Source: Fonticula alba ATCC 38817 (Eukaryota > Protista > Nucleariida). From it: DNA of 18,723 nucleotides. How positions within the stretch are numbered: the first letter of the stretch is position 1; each line of letters begins with the position of its first letter. The notes beneath the pieces are model-generated. The model was not told the origin of the DNA, made no database searches, and saw only the letters and a list, made by a program, of their open reading frames with translations. Location of the stretch: the NCBI GenBank assembly GCA_000388065.2, contig KB932209.1; one strand, 5' to 3'. The position numbers and the translations under genes are program-made. Positions 9,341 through 18,723 of this stretch are shown here, one piece after another.

Positions 9341-10682
9341 ATGCCCTTGCGTGACCTGGCGGCCTCGACCATGGCCAACAGTGTGATGCGCCGCTGGGCA
9401 TGGTCCTGGGCCGCGTTGGCCCTGGTGCTTGGGCTGCTGGGCCGGTCGCTCGGTCAGGACATCCACCTGCTTGCGGCCTCGCGGCCGAGCATGGCCCTCG
9501 ACAGGGCGGTGTCCTTTGTGCCGGTCGGCTCGGACAACTCGGCGGTTCTCTACCGTGAGAGTGGGTCCCAATTCCGGACCCACTCCAGTGTCTGGCCTCC
9601 GGGCCAGGCGCTCGAGAGTCGCTGGGGGCCGTTCTTCCGGGAGAATTACCAGGCCCGGAATTCCCCCTGGCCGGACACCCCCCTGTCGACGACCATCCTG
9701 CTGGCACTCCACCCGACCAGTCTCCCGACCCTGGTGGAGCAGAATGCCAACAAGGTGGGCCTCTTCCAGGCCCTCTCTCGGCATGGGCTTCCCGAGCCGC
9801 AGGCGGAGCTACTGGCGGCGGTGGACTCGCCGCCCGGGGGGGTGGAGCTCCTTGGGCTGACCGGCGAGCCGGGCTCCGAGCGGGGGATTTTCCTGGCCCG
9901 ACTGACGAGCAGCGATCTGGTCCAACGGCCTCACACTCTCCGGCCGGCCACCGGCCAGGTCCTGGTCACCAGCGGCTTTGGCAGGAGCTTCTACCTGGTG
10001 GACGATGGGGGCCTCAGGCGGGTGACCATCGGGCCGGACGACAATGTCCAATGTCTGACCATTCCCAGCAGCGGCAGGGTACTACAGCTGGAAGCCACGC
10101 GCCTTTCGGGGTCCTCGGGTGTCGAAGGCGATGCGGCGGATGTGGCCATGCTGCTGGAAGACGGGGAAGTGAGGGTCTACCTTCGCCTGGGAGACCCGAG
10201 CGGGGTGGTGCTTTCCGGCGGCCAGCTGCCGGCCGGGGTATCGGCGCACGGGGCTCGGCTGCTGGTGGCCCCGGCGTCCGCCAGCCGGGACTACCACTCG
10301 CCGATGTATCTGCTGAATCCGGCAGCAAGCACCTTGGAGGACCGGGTGTGGTACATTTCCATCGCCGGCCAAGCGCTGACTTGGCAGCGGGCGATTTTGC
10401 CACCGGCCGCCGGCAGCCCGTCGACACTGCAGCTGGTCCTGTCGAATGTGGAGGCCCCCTTGGACAGGTGGCATCTGGTGGATTCGAACCACCGGCTGCT
10501 GTTCGATCCGGCCTTCTTCCGGTGCTCCGAGGACCCGAGCATCGTGTGCGATCGGGACGGCTCGCGCACTGGCTCGGACCTTGGCTGGAGGTGTGCCTCG
10601 GAACGCGTCGAGTCGCCGCTTGTGTCGCTGGAGAGGCTCTGCGCCGGGTGCCCCGATGGGTGGTACTTGGACCGGCCGACCG
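9341..10682 (+). CDS. Gene B exon 1: signal peptide plus ectodomain module 1 of a furin-repeat receptor kinase (alternative start 9371)
   Basis: Leader RRWAWSWAALALVLGLLGRSLG|QDI; accATGg context at 9371; homologous to gene A exon 1; ends at a G|GTGCGT donor. Confidence 0.85.
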
Positions 10683-10848
10683 GTGCGTGTTTGCATGGGC
10701 GGGCTGCTTTTTTTTTTTTTTTTACTGTCCCCCTCTCTTCCGGCGTGTCACGCTCGGGCTGCCGGTGAGTGGGGGCCACTTGGCCGCGTGGCGCCCGGCT
10801 CGATGGCTGACATGCATCCTGTGAATATGGCGGGCAAAAAAAATATAG
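10683..10848 (+). other. Gene B intron (166 nt, phase 1)
   Basis: GTGCGT donor, T16 tract at 10708-10723, GCTGAC branch site near 10806, TAG acceptor at 10846-10848; in-frame junction. Confidence 0.85.
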
Positions 10849-13800
10849 CTGGCTCGCCCTTCGCCCACCCGGATCATGCATGTCGGCCCTGTGCCGAGGC
10901 CCGGTGCCGGACATGCGGCCCGACACACTGCTTTGTGTGCGCCGAGCCGTACCTGCTGGAGCCCAGCGGCCCGGGTGGCGTGTTCACCTGCGTGGAGGGC
11001 TGCTCCTCCGGGTATCGGCATGTGGGCGGGATGTGTTTGCCCAGTAGCCGGCCCCTGCCACTGGCGGGCATCAGCACCCCCGTGACGCGGGATCTCGGTG
11101 TGGAATTGGCCCCGGGGGACCGGATAACGGCCGTCGGAAGGACGTGGCTTTCGGCGGACCCGCACTCGGAACAGGTCATCCTACCGGCCAGCACTTCGGG
11201 CCCGGCCACCGGGGTGCTTATTTTTACGGAACACCCCCGGGCATATATCCAAACAATGGACGCCCTCACCGGGAGGGGCCAGTCTCCGGCGCGGCAGGTC
11301 CCCCTCCTGGGCGGGGCTTTCAGCGCGCCGGTCCTGGGCTTTGCCGAAATGGGCCCCTTCCGGCGGGACGGCCAGCTGGTGTATGTCCTGGTGGCGGCCC
11401 TCCAAGGGGGGCAGGCCTCGAGGCTGGAGCTGTCCTGCTCGGGCACGGGCCCCTGTCCGGCCGGGGCGAATGCCAGCCTGACCCCAGTGTCCACCGAAAG
11501 CTCCAACATGGTGTGGCGCTTTGATGAGGATTTGCTTGCCATCAGCAAGGGCCCCCGGGGGGTGTTGCTCTACCGGCCGGACCCGAGCTACCGCGGCGTC
11601 ATTTACCATCACAACTTGGCGGCCGGCGTGGCGAGCCTCCGTTCGGGTCCGGCCTTGGACCGGGCGCCGCTGGCGGCCGGCAACCACTGGATGGTGGCAT
11701 CCGGCGCCGGGTCGAAGCCCAGTGCCTTTCCGATTGCCATGGGCGAGGCATCGGGCTTCCAATGGCCGCCCTTGGCCGGGCGTCTTTTGTCGGGCCTGCC
11801 CGACAGCGACACCGACATGGTGCCGGTGATGCTGGCCCGGGACTTGGATGCCTGGGTGCCGGGGGAGTTGGTATTCTCGAACACCCTCGGCCCGCGCTGG
11901 GAGGTGCTCCATGTGCCGGGGGACATGGTGCCGGCCGGCCGAGCGGTGGACTTGCCCTTTGTCCGGCGGGCGCTCGGGACCTTCCCCCGGGCCTTGGAGC
12001 CGGCCACCGCGGAGCATGGGAATGTTCTTTTGCAGGCGATCGACCTGCCCGGGGCGAATGGCCGATACCCGAGTGGGCTGCTGCTGCTGTCGCGGACCTT
12101 CATCGGGCTGTCGCTGCTGCACTGTCCGAGCGGCTCGGCCGGGCCGTGTGCCCTGCTCCCGGCCACGTTTGTGGATCTTCCGCCGGCGTTGCGCCTGCCG
12201 CCAGGCACGCTCTTCTGGAACCCGGCCACGGTCCATGTGCCGGCGGTGGCGGCCGGGTCCATGCGCACGGAAGCCGACCCGGCGCCGGTGGAGGTGAGCT
12301 TTTTGATCTTCGCCCCGGCCGTCGGGCCGGTGGCATTGGCCCTGACGGTGGCCTGCCCCGGCGGCGGGCATGGGCCCATGTGCGATGGCTGCCATCCGCG
12401 GTGTGCGGTGTGCGGGGGCCCGGCCAATGCCGGGGACTGTGTCACATGCGTGTCGGGGGCGTGGCTTCACGGGCGAAGCTGCGTCACCGAATGCCCGGCG
12501 GGTACGTGGCCCGATGTGCAGGCCTGCCAGGCCTGCCCGGCGGACTGTGCCAGCTGCACCTCGGGCACCGAGTGTACCCGATGCATGGCGGGGCACTTTC
12601 GCACTGGGCAGCTCACATGCCAGGCATGTGACGAGTCGTGCGCCAGTTGCACCGGCGCCGATGGCTGTGACACCTGCCAGCCGGGGCTGGTGTTCATGGG
12701 ACTCGACCCGGGGGTGCCCTCGTTGTGTGGCTCCGCCTGCCGCCCGGGGGAGCATGTGGCCGATGGCCGGTGCGCCGAATGCCATGCCAGCTGCGAGCTG
12801 TGCTTCGGGGCTGCGGCCTCGTGCCAAGTGTGCGCCGAGGGGTTCCGGTGGGCGAGTCGGCCGGCGCCCGGGGGCACCGGCGCGTGCGTCCCCTGCGGGC
12901 CGGGCTGTGCCTCTTGCACGGCGACCAAGTGCCTGGCCTGCGAGGCCGGGCTCTTCCTTGCACCGGACGGGGCATGCGAAGGCACCTGCCCGGCCGGGAC
13001 CTGGCCCAATGGGGAGTCCTGCCAGCCGTGCGACCTTTCGTGTGCCGCCTGCGCCGGCGGCCAGAGCACCGACTGTGTCGGTTGCCCTCCGGGCCTGGAG
13101 CTCCTGGATGCCGGCATGCCGCCGGTGGGCAGCTGCGTGTCTGGCTGTGCGGCCGGCCAGTATCGAGACCCCGGGTCGGATGCCTGCCTTGCCTGCGACC
13201 GGGCATGTGCCGCGTGCAATGGGCCCAGTGACGGGGATTGCTGGCGTTGTGCCGATGGCGTGCTGCAGGATGGCGACTGCGTGCAAGTGTGCGCTTCGGA
13301 CCATGTGGCCGTGGCGGGTCGGTGCTTGCCATGCCATGCATCGTGTGGCGAGTGTTCCGGGGTCCGGAGCACCGAGTGCAGCACATGCCAGGCGGGCCTG
13401 CTGGCCCTGGTGACCGGGCCGGGGTCGATGCGCTGCGTGCCGGCCTGCCCGGCGGCGTACCATGCATCGAGCACGGCATGCACGCCGTGTCCCTTGCGGT
13501 GTGCCAGCTGCCCGGACGCGGCCTCCACCTGCGGCCAGTGCGAGCGCGGATGGCTGCTGGCCGGGGCGGCGTGCGTGCAGACCTGCCCGGCGGACCGGCT
13601 GGCCCTGGGGCACGAGTGCGTCGCGTGCCATTCGGCCTGCGACTGGTGCTTCGGCCCGCGGGCGGACCAGTGTCTCGCCTGCGAGGCCGCGACCCCGTTC
13701 CTGGTGGATGGCCGGTGTGTGGGGGTCTGCCCGGAGGGGACGTTCGCCGATCGGAACACTTGCATGCCCTGCGGCGCCACATGTGCCTCATGGGCCCTGG

Positions 13801-15694
13801 CCAGCGAGTGTACCTCGTGCGCGGGAGATCGCGCCCTGCTGGGGGTGTCTGTGGGGCCGGCTGCCCGGAGGGGCACTTTGCCGAGGCCCATGTGTGCCTC
13901 GGCTGCGGGGCCTTCTGTGCCTCGTGCCAAGGGGCGGATGCCTGCGCCGGCTGCTTCGACGGCATGGTCCTTCAGCCGGATGGGGGCTGCGCTTCGGTCT
14001 GCCCGGCAGGCTGGGCGGCCTGCGGCCACTCGGGCCGGTGTGTGGCCTGCCCGGAGCCCTGTGCCGAGTGCATGGCACATGGGCCGGAATGCGGGGTCCA
14101 GTGCACGGCGTGTCGGCCGGGCCATGTTTTGGGGGAGGGAACCTGCTGGCTGGCCTGCCCGGAGGGGCAGTTCCTGCCGGAAGGCGGGGCGGTCTGCCGG
14201 CAGTGCGCCGAGGCGTGCGGCACCTGCCTCGGCACGGCCGACTGGTGCACCGGGTGTGTGTCGGGGCTTCTCCGGCCGAGTGAGGGAATGTGTGCGCCGG
14301 GCTGTGGCCCTGCCTCGGGGCCCTTCAAGGGGGTTTGTTTGAATTGCCCGGCCGGGTGCGAAGCGTGCGAGCCCGGCCCGGGTCAGCCGGAGTGCACGGC
14401 CGAGCTTGATGGCTCGCTCGCGTGTCCGGCCATGGCATCGTGCAGCGCATGTGCGGGTGGGCTTTTCCTGCTGCACGGGGCCGCCTGTGTGGATGCCTGC
14501 CCGAGGGGGTATGTGGCCAGCGCCGAGGCCGGGCCGGCGGCCTGCCTGCCCTGCCATGCCAGCTGCTCCGACGCGTGCACCGGGCCCGGGGAGCATGAAT
14601 GCCGTCCCCCGGGCCGGTCGGCCGGTCGGAGCGTGGCCTTGGCGGTGGGCCTGGCGGCAGGGCTGCTGGTGGTGGTGCTCTTGCTGCTGGGCCTGGCACT
14701 TTGGTACATCCGGCAGCGGGGCAAGAAGCTGGCAGTGGCCCGGGCGGCCACGCTTGAGGAGGATGCCACCATGCTCAATACCATCGTGGAGCTGGCCCTG
14801 CCCGGGGCCATTGTGGTGGATGTGGATGGGGACTTTGCCCCGGAGACGGGGGCCCCCATGGGATCCGGCGCCCAGGCCAGGGTGTATGCGGGGCGGGCCG
14901 TCGGTGCGGGGATCTCCGCCCGGCTGGGCTGCCCGGAGACGGTGGCCATCAAGCGCATGAAAAGCAGCCCCATGAAGCCCCTGCATGTGGCCATGTTCCA
15001 GAATGAGGTGTCCCTGATGTGGCTGCTCCGGGAGCAGGGGAACATCGTGCGGCTGTTCGGGTACAGCCAGGCGCCGGCGGCCATTGTGATGGAGCGCTTT
15101 GACACGGACATGGGCCTGCTTCTGCACTCGGAGGTGGAGCTCAGCTCTTTGGACCTGGCGGACATGGCCCGGCAGTGGGCCTCCGGGCTGGAGGCCATGC
15201 ATGCCCACGGGGTGGCCCATTGCGACGTGAAGCCGGGCAATGTGTTTGTCAGCCGGACGAGGGGGTCTTGGCGGGTGGCCCTCGGGGACCTGGGCGCCAG
15301 CCGGAATCTCAATGTCGATCGGTCTTCGGCGTTGTTGCTGGCGGTGCCGCGGCTGAATGCCCTGAGTGCGCGGTATGCGGCGCCGGAGTTGCTGGCGGCC
15401 GTGCGCCGGGGGACGACGCTCGGGCAGCACCTGCTCTTCCCGGCGGACATATATGCCGCGGCGGTCATGCTGAATGAGTGCCTCGAGCGAAGGGTCCCCT
15501 GGGCGGGGATGACTTTGGCGCAAATCGCGGATGCGGTGCAGGCGGGCGATCGGCCGCCCGGCGGGTCTTCCGACACCGGGGTCGGGGATTTTATTGCGGC
15601 TGCCTGGCAGGCGGACCCCGAGCGGCGTCCTGCGGCCGAGACGTTCCGCCAGCGCTGCGCCGCCATGTATGTGGCTGCTGGTGGCCTGGAGTGA
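10849..15694 (+). CDS. Gene B exon 2: module 2, long furin-like Cys-rich array, TM helix and TKL-type protein kinase; 1-nt frameshift at ~13841-13845 in this assembly
   Basis: ORF 10446-14342 carries Cys repeats up to ...CTSCAGDRALL; ORF 13238-15694 continues GVCGAGCPEG...TM...kinase. One extra G in the G5 run joins them (LLGGVC), giving ~2062 aa. Confidence 0.88.
12355..14605 (+). repeat. Tandem furin-like (FU / growth-factor-receptor-type) Cys-rich repeat array in gene B
   Basis: Recurring CxxCxxxCxxCx(6-8)CxxC...C units such as CHASCELC, CDRACAAC, CHSACDWC. Confidence 0.9.
14633..14710 (+). other. Single transmembrane helix of gene B
   Basis: VALAVGLAAGLLVVVLLLLGLALWYI followed by the basic stop-transfer RQRGKK. 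Confidence 0.92.
14855..15670 (+). other. Protein kinase domain (TKL-like, non-RD)
   Basis: GSGAQARV at 14861, VAIK at 14942, alphaC Glu (FQNE), HCDVKPGN at 15218-15241, DLG at 15287, YAAPE near 15374-15388, ADIYAAA, and the RRP terminal motif. Confidence 0.95.
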
Positions 15695-16334
15695 CATGGC
15701 TGTGCAACCTATGAATAGACCATTGATGTGTGCATTGGGGGGGTGTATTGAGGTGTGTATTTAGCGCCGGCCCCTGTGCGAGCATGAGCGTGTATGTGTG
15801 CCGGTGGGTGGGTGGGTGTGGAACGGTGTGTCAATGTACAGGTGGGTGTTTGAGCGGGTGTCGGCGCGCGGCCGTGTGCACGTGCGGAGGCCGTACGAGC
15901 GTCGCATGTTCCACCGAGGCCGGGCTCGGTCCTGTCATGCCAGGCCTCTGGCCATATCGCCTGGCGCCATCGAAAGGCGGGTGAAAAGGTGAGAGGGCCT
16001 GTGGGCCGGGCTGTGCCCCAACCGCCCGAGGCATGCTTTCACCGGCAGAGGGTCCCGTTTTCGCCGGGACTGGCGCCACATCCGCAGCCCCGGGCCTCTT
16101 GTGCTTCCTTCAGGGGGCGGGGGCGGGGGATCCCAAGACAAGGGCGCCCCACTGGCCGGAAGAAAGAGAGAGGCCAGGTGCCTGCGGATGATGGAGGATG
16201 GAGGCACTACCACGCCCGAGGAGGGGGGGATGGGGCGCGAGAGGAAGGGCAAGAAGCCAGGACCTCTTGCGGCGGCCTTCGGGTGCCCTTGCAGGGCCGT
16301 TGCACACGCCAGGGGCCTTTGGGTCGCATGTCGG

Positions 16335-16359
16335 GCACGCGCGCGCGCGCGCGCACGCA
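16335..16359. repeat. (GC)n alternating purine-pyrimidine tract
   Basis: gcacgcgcgcgcgcgcgcgcacgca. Confidence 0.9.
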
Positions 16360-16909
16360 GAGGGCATGGCGGCGCACGGCGGGACCTGCTCCGGCGGCCG
16401 GAGGTACGGCACCGGCTCCCCGATGGGGGTGAGGCCACGCCGTGGGCAACCAGGGCGCAGGGGAGGGCCCGAGGGCTCCGGGGGAAGGCCCGAACCATGG
16501 GCCGACGCGCGGCGGCGCCGGGGCAGAAAAGCATGCAAGGCTAAGAGCAAACGGCGCGGGGTCCGGCGTCCCTGTCGAGAAGCTCCCCGAGCAGCAGACA
16601 CCCCCACTCGGGCAGGAACGGGCCAATGCATTGTGGGCAAGGGCGGGGCGCGGCGCCGGTTGTGCGGGAGAACATCACCCCCCGCAAGGGTATTTCTCGG
16701 TCATCTTTTCTTTCGCCATGCACCGGGGGCGGGGGACAAACGCCTATTGGGGGGCTGCTCGTGGATCGCTGGGAGGGATTGCCGAGGAAAACCCATGCGA
16801 CAGGTCAGCATGGGAGAATCCCGCCTCTGGAGCAGGGTCCACACGGGTTAGGCCTAAGTCAAGTGAGTGAGGCTTGGCGAAGGGTACCAGTGTGATCTGC
16901 CACCTGGTC

Positions 16910-17417
16910 TGTAATCTCCTGGCATAAGAGAGGGGACATACCAACCAGCGGTTTACGGTCGTCTGTTTCCAGAGAGAGTCAGTAACTCGGCTCAAGGCGA
17001 GTTAGTAGCAGGCAAAGGAGAAGGAACTTGGATAGTGAAAGGGGTTCGAGAGGAAGCCTAAGAACAGGTGTTCGTCGGCTTGACTGGTGTTTCGGCCATG
17101 CTATTTTTTAAAAACCCCTCCTCGACATACTGCTGAGCTAAGGGTTTCGCTCTCCGGAGGCTCCGGCGGGGCGTCGCCCTTTTGACCTTTGGGCTCTCGG
17201 TCAGGGGTTGGGAACCGAGAACCCCGCGGTTCGGCACGCCCGCTCGTGTATCTCCATCCTCGGTCGAGCGCCGACGTCGCTCGCGATCTCGGGGGCCGCC
17301 TGACGGCTGTCCCTACCCCGCAATCCCGCTAGAGGAATGCCACTGAGGATGTTAACATTGTCTTTCGATAACACCTTGCTCTAGAACCTCCACGTGTTGC
17401 TTGATTTGTCGTTTACA
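16910..17417 (+). mobile_element. LTR-like repeat, copy 2 (508 bp, complete)
   Basis: Begins TGTAA (16910) and ends TTACA (17413-17417), the TG...CA inverted termini typical of LTRs. Homologous to 1-483; followed by TGG at the PBS position. Confidence 0.75.
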
Positions 17418-18350
17418 TGGGGATATTCTGCCACAGAGAGACCCGGGCCGGAGCTTGTAACATCCCATCAAACGCAGCGATGTGATCCCTGGGTAGGATC
17501 GGGCAACGCGTGGGTGAGTGGTGACCTGTATATAGGGGCATGCAAGGGAGAACATTCGATGGGCAGCGATGCAGACGCATCGGTGGAGAGAGTGAGGACC
17601 GCAGCCTTTTGTGTCTAGGCTGGGACGCTCCCACGCGGGTCGGCCGCAATGGGGATCACACGTTATGTCACGAGAATGGAATGTCATCCCACTCAAGGAT
17701 CACATCGCCGTGTTTCGATCGGCTGCAACATCATGCGCTGACGTTAACAAAAATGTCTGTTGACAAAAAGACAATTTGTATCATCTGATACTTCGAATAC
17801 AACGGCCAACGAACGGGCCGCTGGTTGGCGGGCTTTTCTGCGATCCTGAAAGGGTTCGGCAAAAGGCGTGATTGAGGAGAACAACGAATTGTATTGAATC
17901 GAGGTTCCTCCGAAAGTGCCTCGCCCTTTACATGATGCCTACACAGTCGGACCATTTGTGCCAAGTTGATGCCCCGGCATCCGCGTGGGCAAAGTGCGGC
18001 CCTCAGATGGGTCACGTGTACAGGCACGGGGGTTCCGGACAGGGCCCGTTTCAGATCCGTGTTTGGTCTACCCTGCGCGATACACGGTGAACCAAGAGCT
18101 TCTCTCAACCAGTATCAACCCGTAATGCTGAGTCAAGGATGAAGGTAAATGTATATTCAGAAATCCGTTTGACGATGCTTCGAGAAACGGGTTTGGTGGT
18201 TCACAAGGGATGCTTAAATAGTGGCGTCCGGAACGTTCCCGAGAGCGTGGGCAGTTCCGAGATGGCACGTGACACCACGTTACACACGGTCTCCTTGCGT
18301 GTTTCTCCTCCTCGAAGCCTTGGCAGGGGGGACAATGTGGATCAATTTCC
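17418..18350 (+). mobile_element. Probable decayed internal or leader region of the element (GC-poor island, no intact ORF)
   Basis: Visibly much lower GC than the host genes, contiguous with LTR copy 2, stops in all frames. The first ~40-70 nt weakly resemble 484-560. Confidence 0.35.
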
Positions 18351-18395
18351 CGGCGCGGAACGTATGCGCGGGGAGCCTCTTTTGGCGTATGGCAA

Positions 18396-18458
18396 CCTCC
18401 CCTTCCCCTCCCTCCCTCCCTCCCTCTCTCTCTCCCTCTCTCTCTCTCTCTCTCCCTC
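18396..18458. repeat. (CCCT)n/(CT)n polypyrimidine microsatellite upstream of the 18474 gene
   Basis: ccttcccctccctccctccctccctctctctctccctctctctc... Confidence 0.92.
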
Positions 18459-18473
18459 GGCCCCTCTCATCAT

Positions 18474-18723
18474 ATGTTGGCTTCAAGGACGGCCGTGCGA
18501 GCCCTGCGTGCGTGGGGCTCGCCGGCATTGGCGACGGCTGCGGCGGCCCGGCGGGGCTGGTCTCTGGCCGGGGGCCATACACCGGCCACCCGGGGCCAGG
18601 CGTCCCCCCTGGTCACCCACGGGGACGTGTATGCGACAGCATGCCCGGCCACCATCATGGCTCCCGGGGGCATGTCGCTGGTCCATATGCGGGCATTCTC
18701 CTCGGCCGCCGGAAGCACGACCA
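18474..18723 (+). CDS. 5' part of a gene for a probable mitochondrial protein (runs off the window)
   Basis: Open from ATG 18474 to the window end: MLASRTAVRALRAWGSPALATAAAARRGWSL...VHMRAFSSAAGSTT. R/A/S/L-rich, a single acidic residue, and an R-x-F-S-S cleavage-like motif. Absent from the ORF track, presumably because it has no stop in the window. Confidence 0.6.
   Translation, partial: MLASRTAVRALRAWGSPALATAAAARRGWSLAGGHTPATRGQASPLVTHGDVYATACPATIMAPGGMSLVHMRAFSSAAGSTT

Noticed and set aside
14855-15670. Receptor tyrosine kinase (EGFR/insulin-receptor-like) call based on the furin repeats
   Set aside because: The catalytic loop is DVKPGN (Ser/Thr or TKL type), not DLAARN, and no L-domains or FN3 domains are recognisable.
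11181-15697. Long minus-strand ORFs (11181-13631, 12467-15697, 14383-15666; likewise 4040-5356, 5399-6706, 5424-6629)
   Set aside because: Antisense shadows of GC-rich coding exons, with H/Q/R/A/P-rich composition and no domains.
16845-16852. Telomere-like GGGTTAGG near the LTR
   Set aside because: A single unit, expected by chance.
484-16909. One young giant LTR retrotransposon that captured the genes
   Set aside because: The repeats are clearly diverged, there is no polypurine tract before 16910, no gag/pol lies between them, and the enclosed genes retain introns.
16905-17422. LTR copy 2 as a solo LTR with target-site duplication
   Set aside because: The flanks TGGTC and TGGGG do not match, and TGGGGAT also follows copy 1, so it belongs to the element.
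17418-17435. Canonical tRNA primer-binding site
   Set aside because: The TGG position fits, but TGGGGAT(A)TTC matches no tRNA 3' end I recognise (tRNA-Pro would be TGGGGGCTCG), and the copies differ after 7 nt. Left unassigned.

Overview
Very GC-rich eukaryotic draft-assembly DNA with two 10-N gaps and GT-AG introns with CTAAC/CTGAC branch sites. The gene content recalls the furin-repeat TKL receptor kinases of Fonticula alba; this organism call is from memory and unverified. The core is a tandem pair of paralogous two-exon + strand genes sharing one phase-1 intron. Gene A (3088-6623, ~1102 aa) has a signal peptide, two beta-rich modules and a few furin-like Cys repeats, but no TM helix or kinase. 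Gene B (9341-15694, ~2060 aa) has the same ectodomain, a long furin-like array, a TM helix and a non-RD (HCD/DLG) TKL-type kinase, and is interrupted by a 1-nt frameshift at a G5 run. Two diverged direct-orientation ~500-bp LTR-like repeats (1-483 and 16910-17417; TGTAA...TTACA termini) bracket the pair and share hairpins with conserved stems and variable loops. Two apparent tandem duplications at 1650-2346 are Illumina-adapter assembly artefacts. A gene with a mitochondrial-type presequence starts at 18474 and runs off the window.
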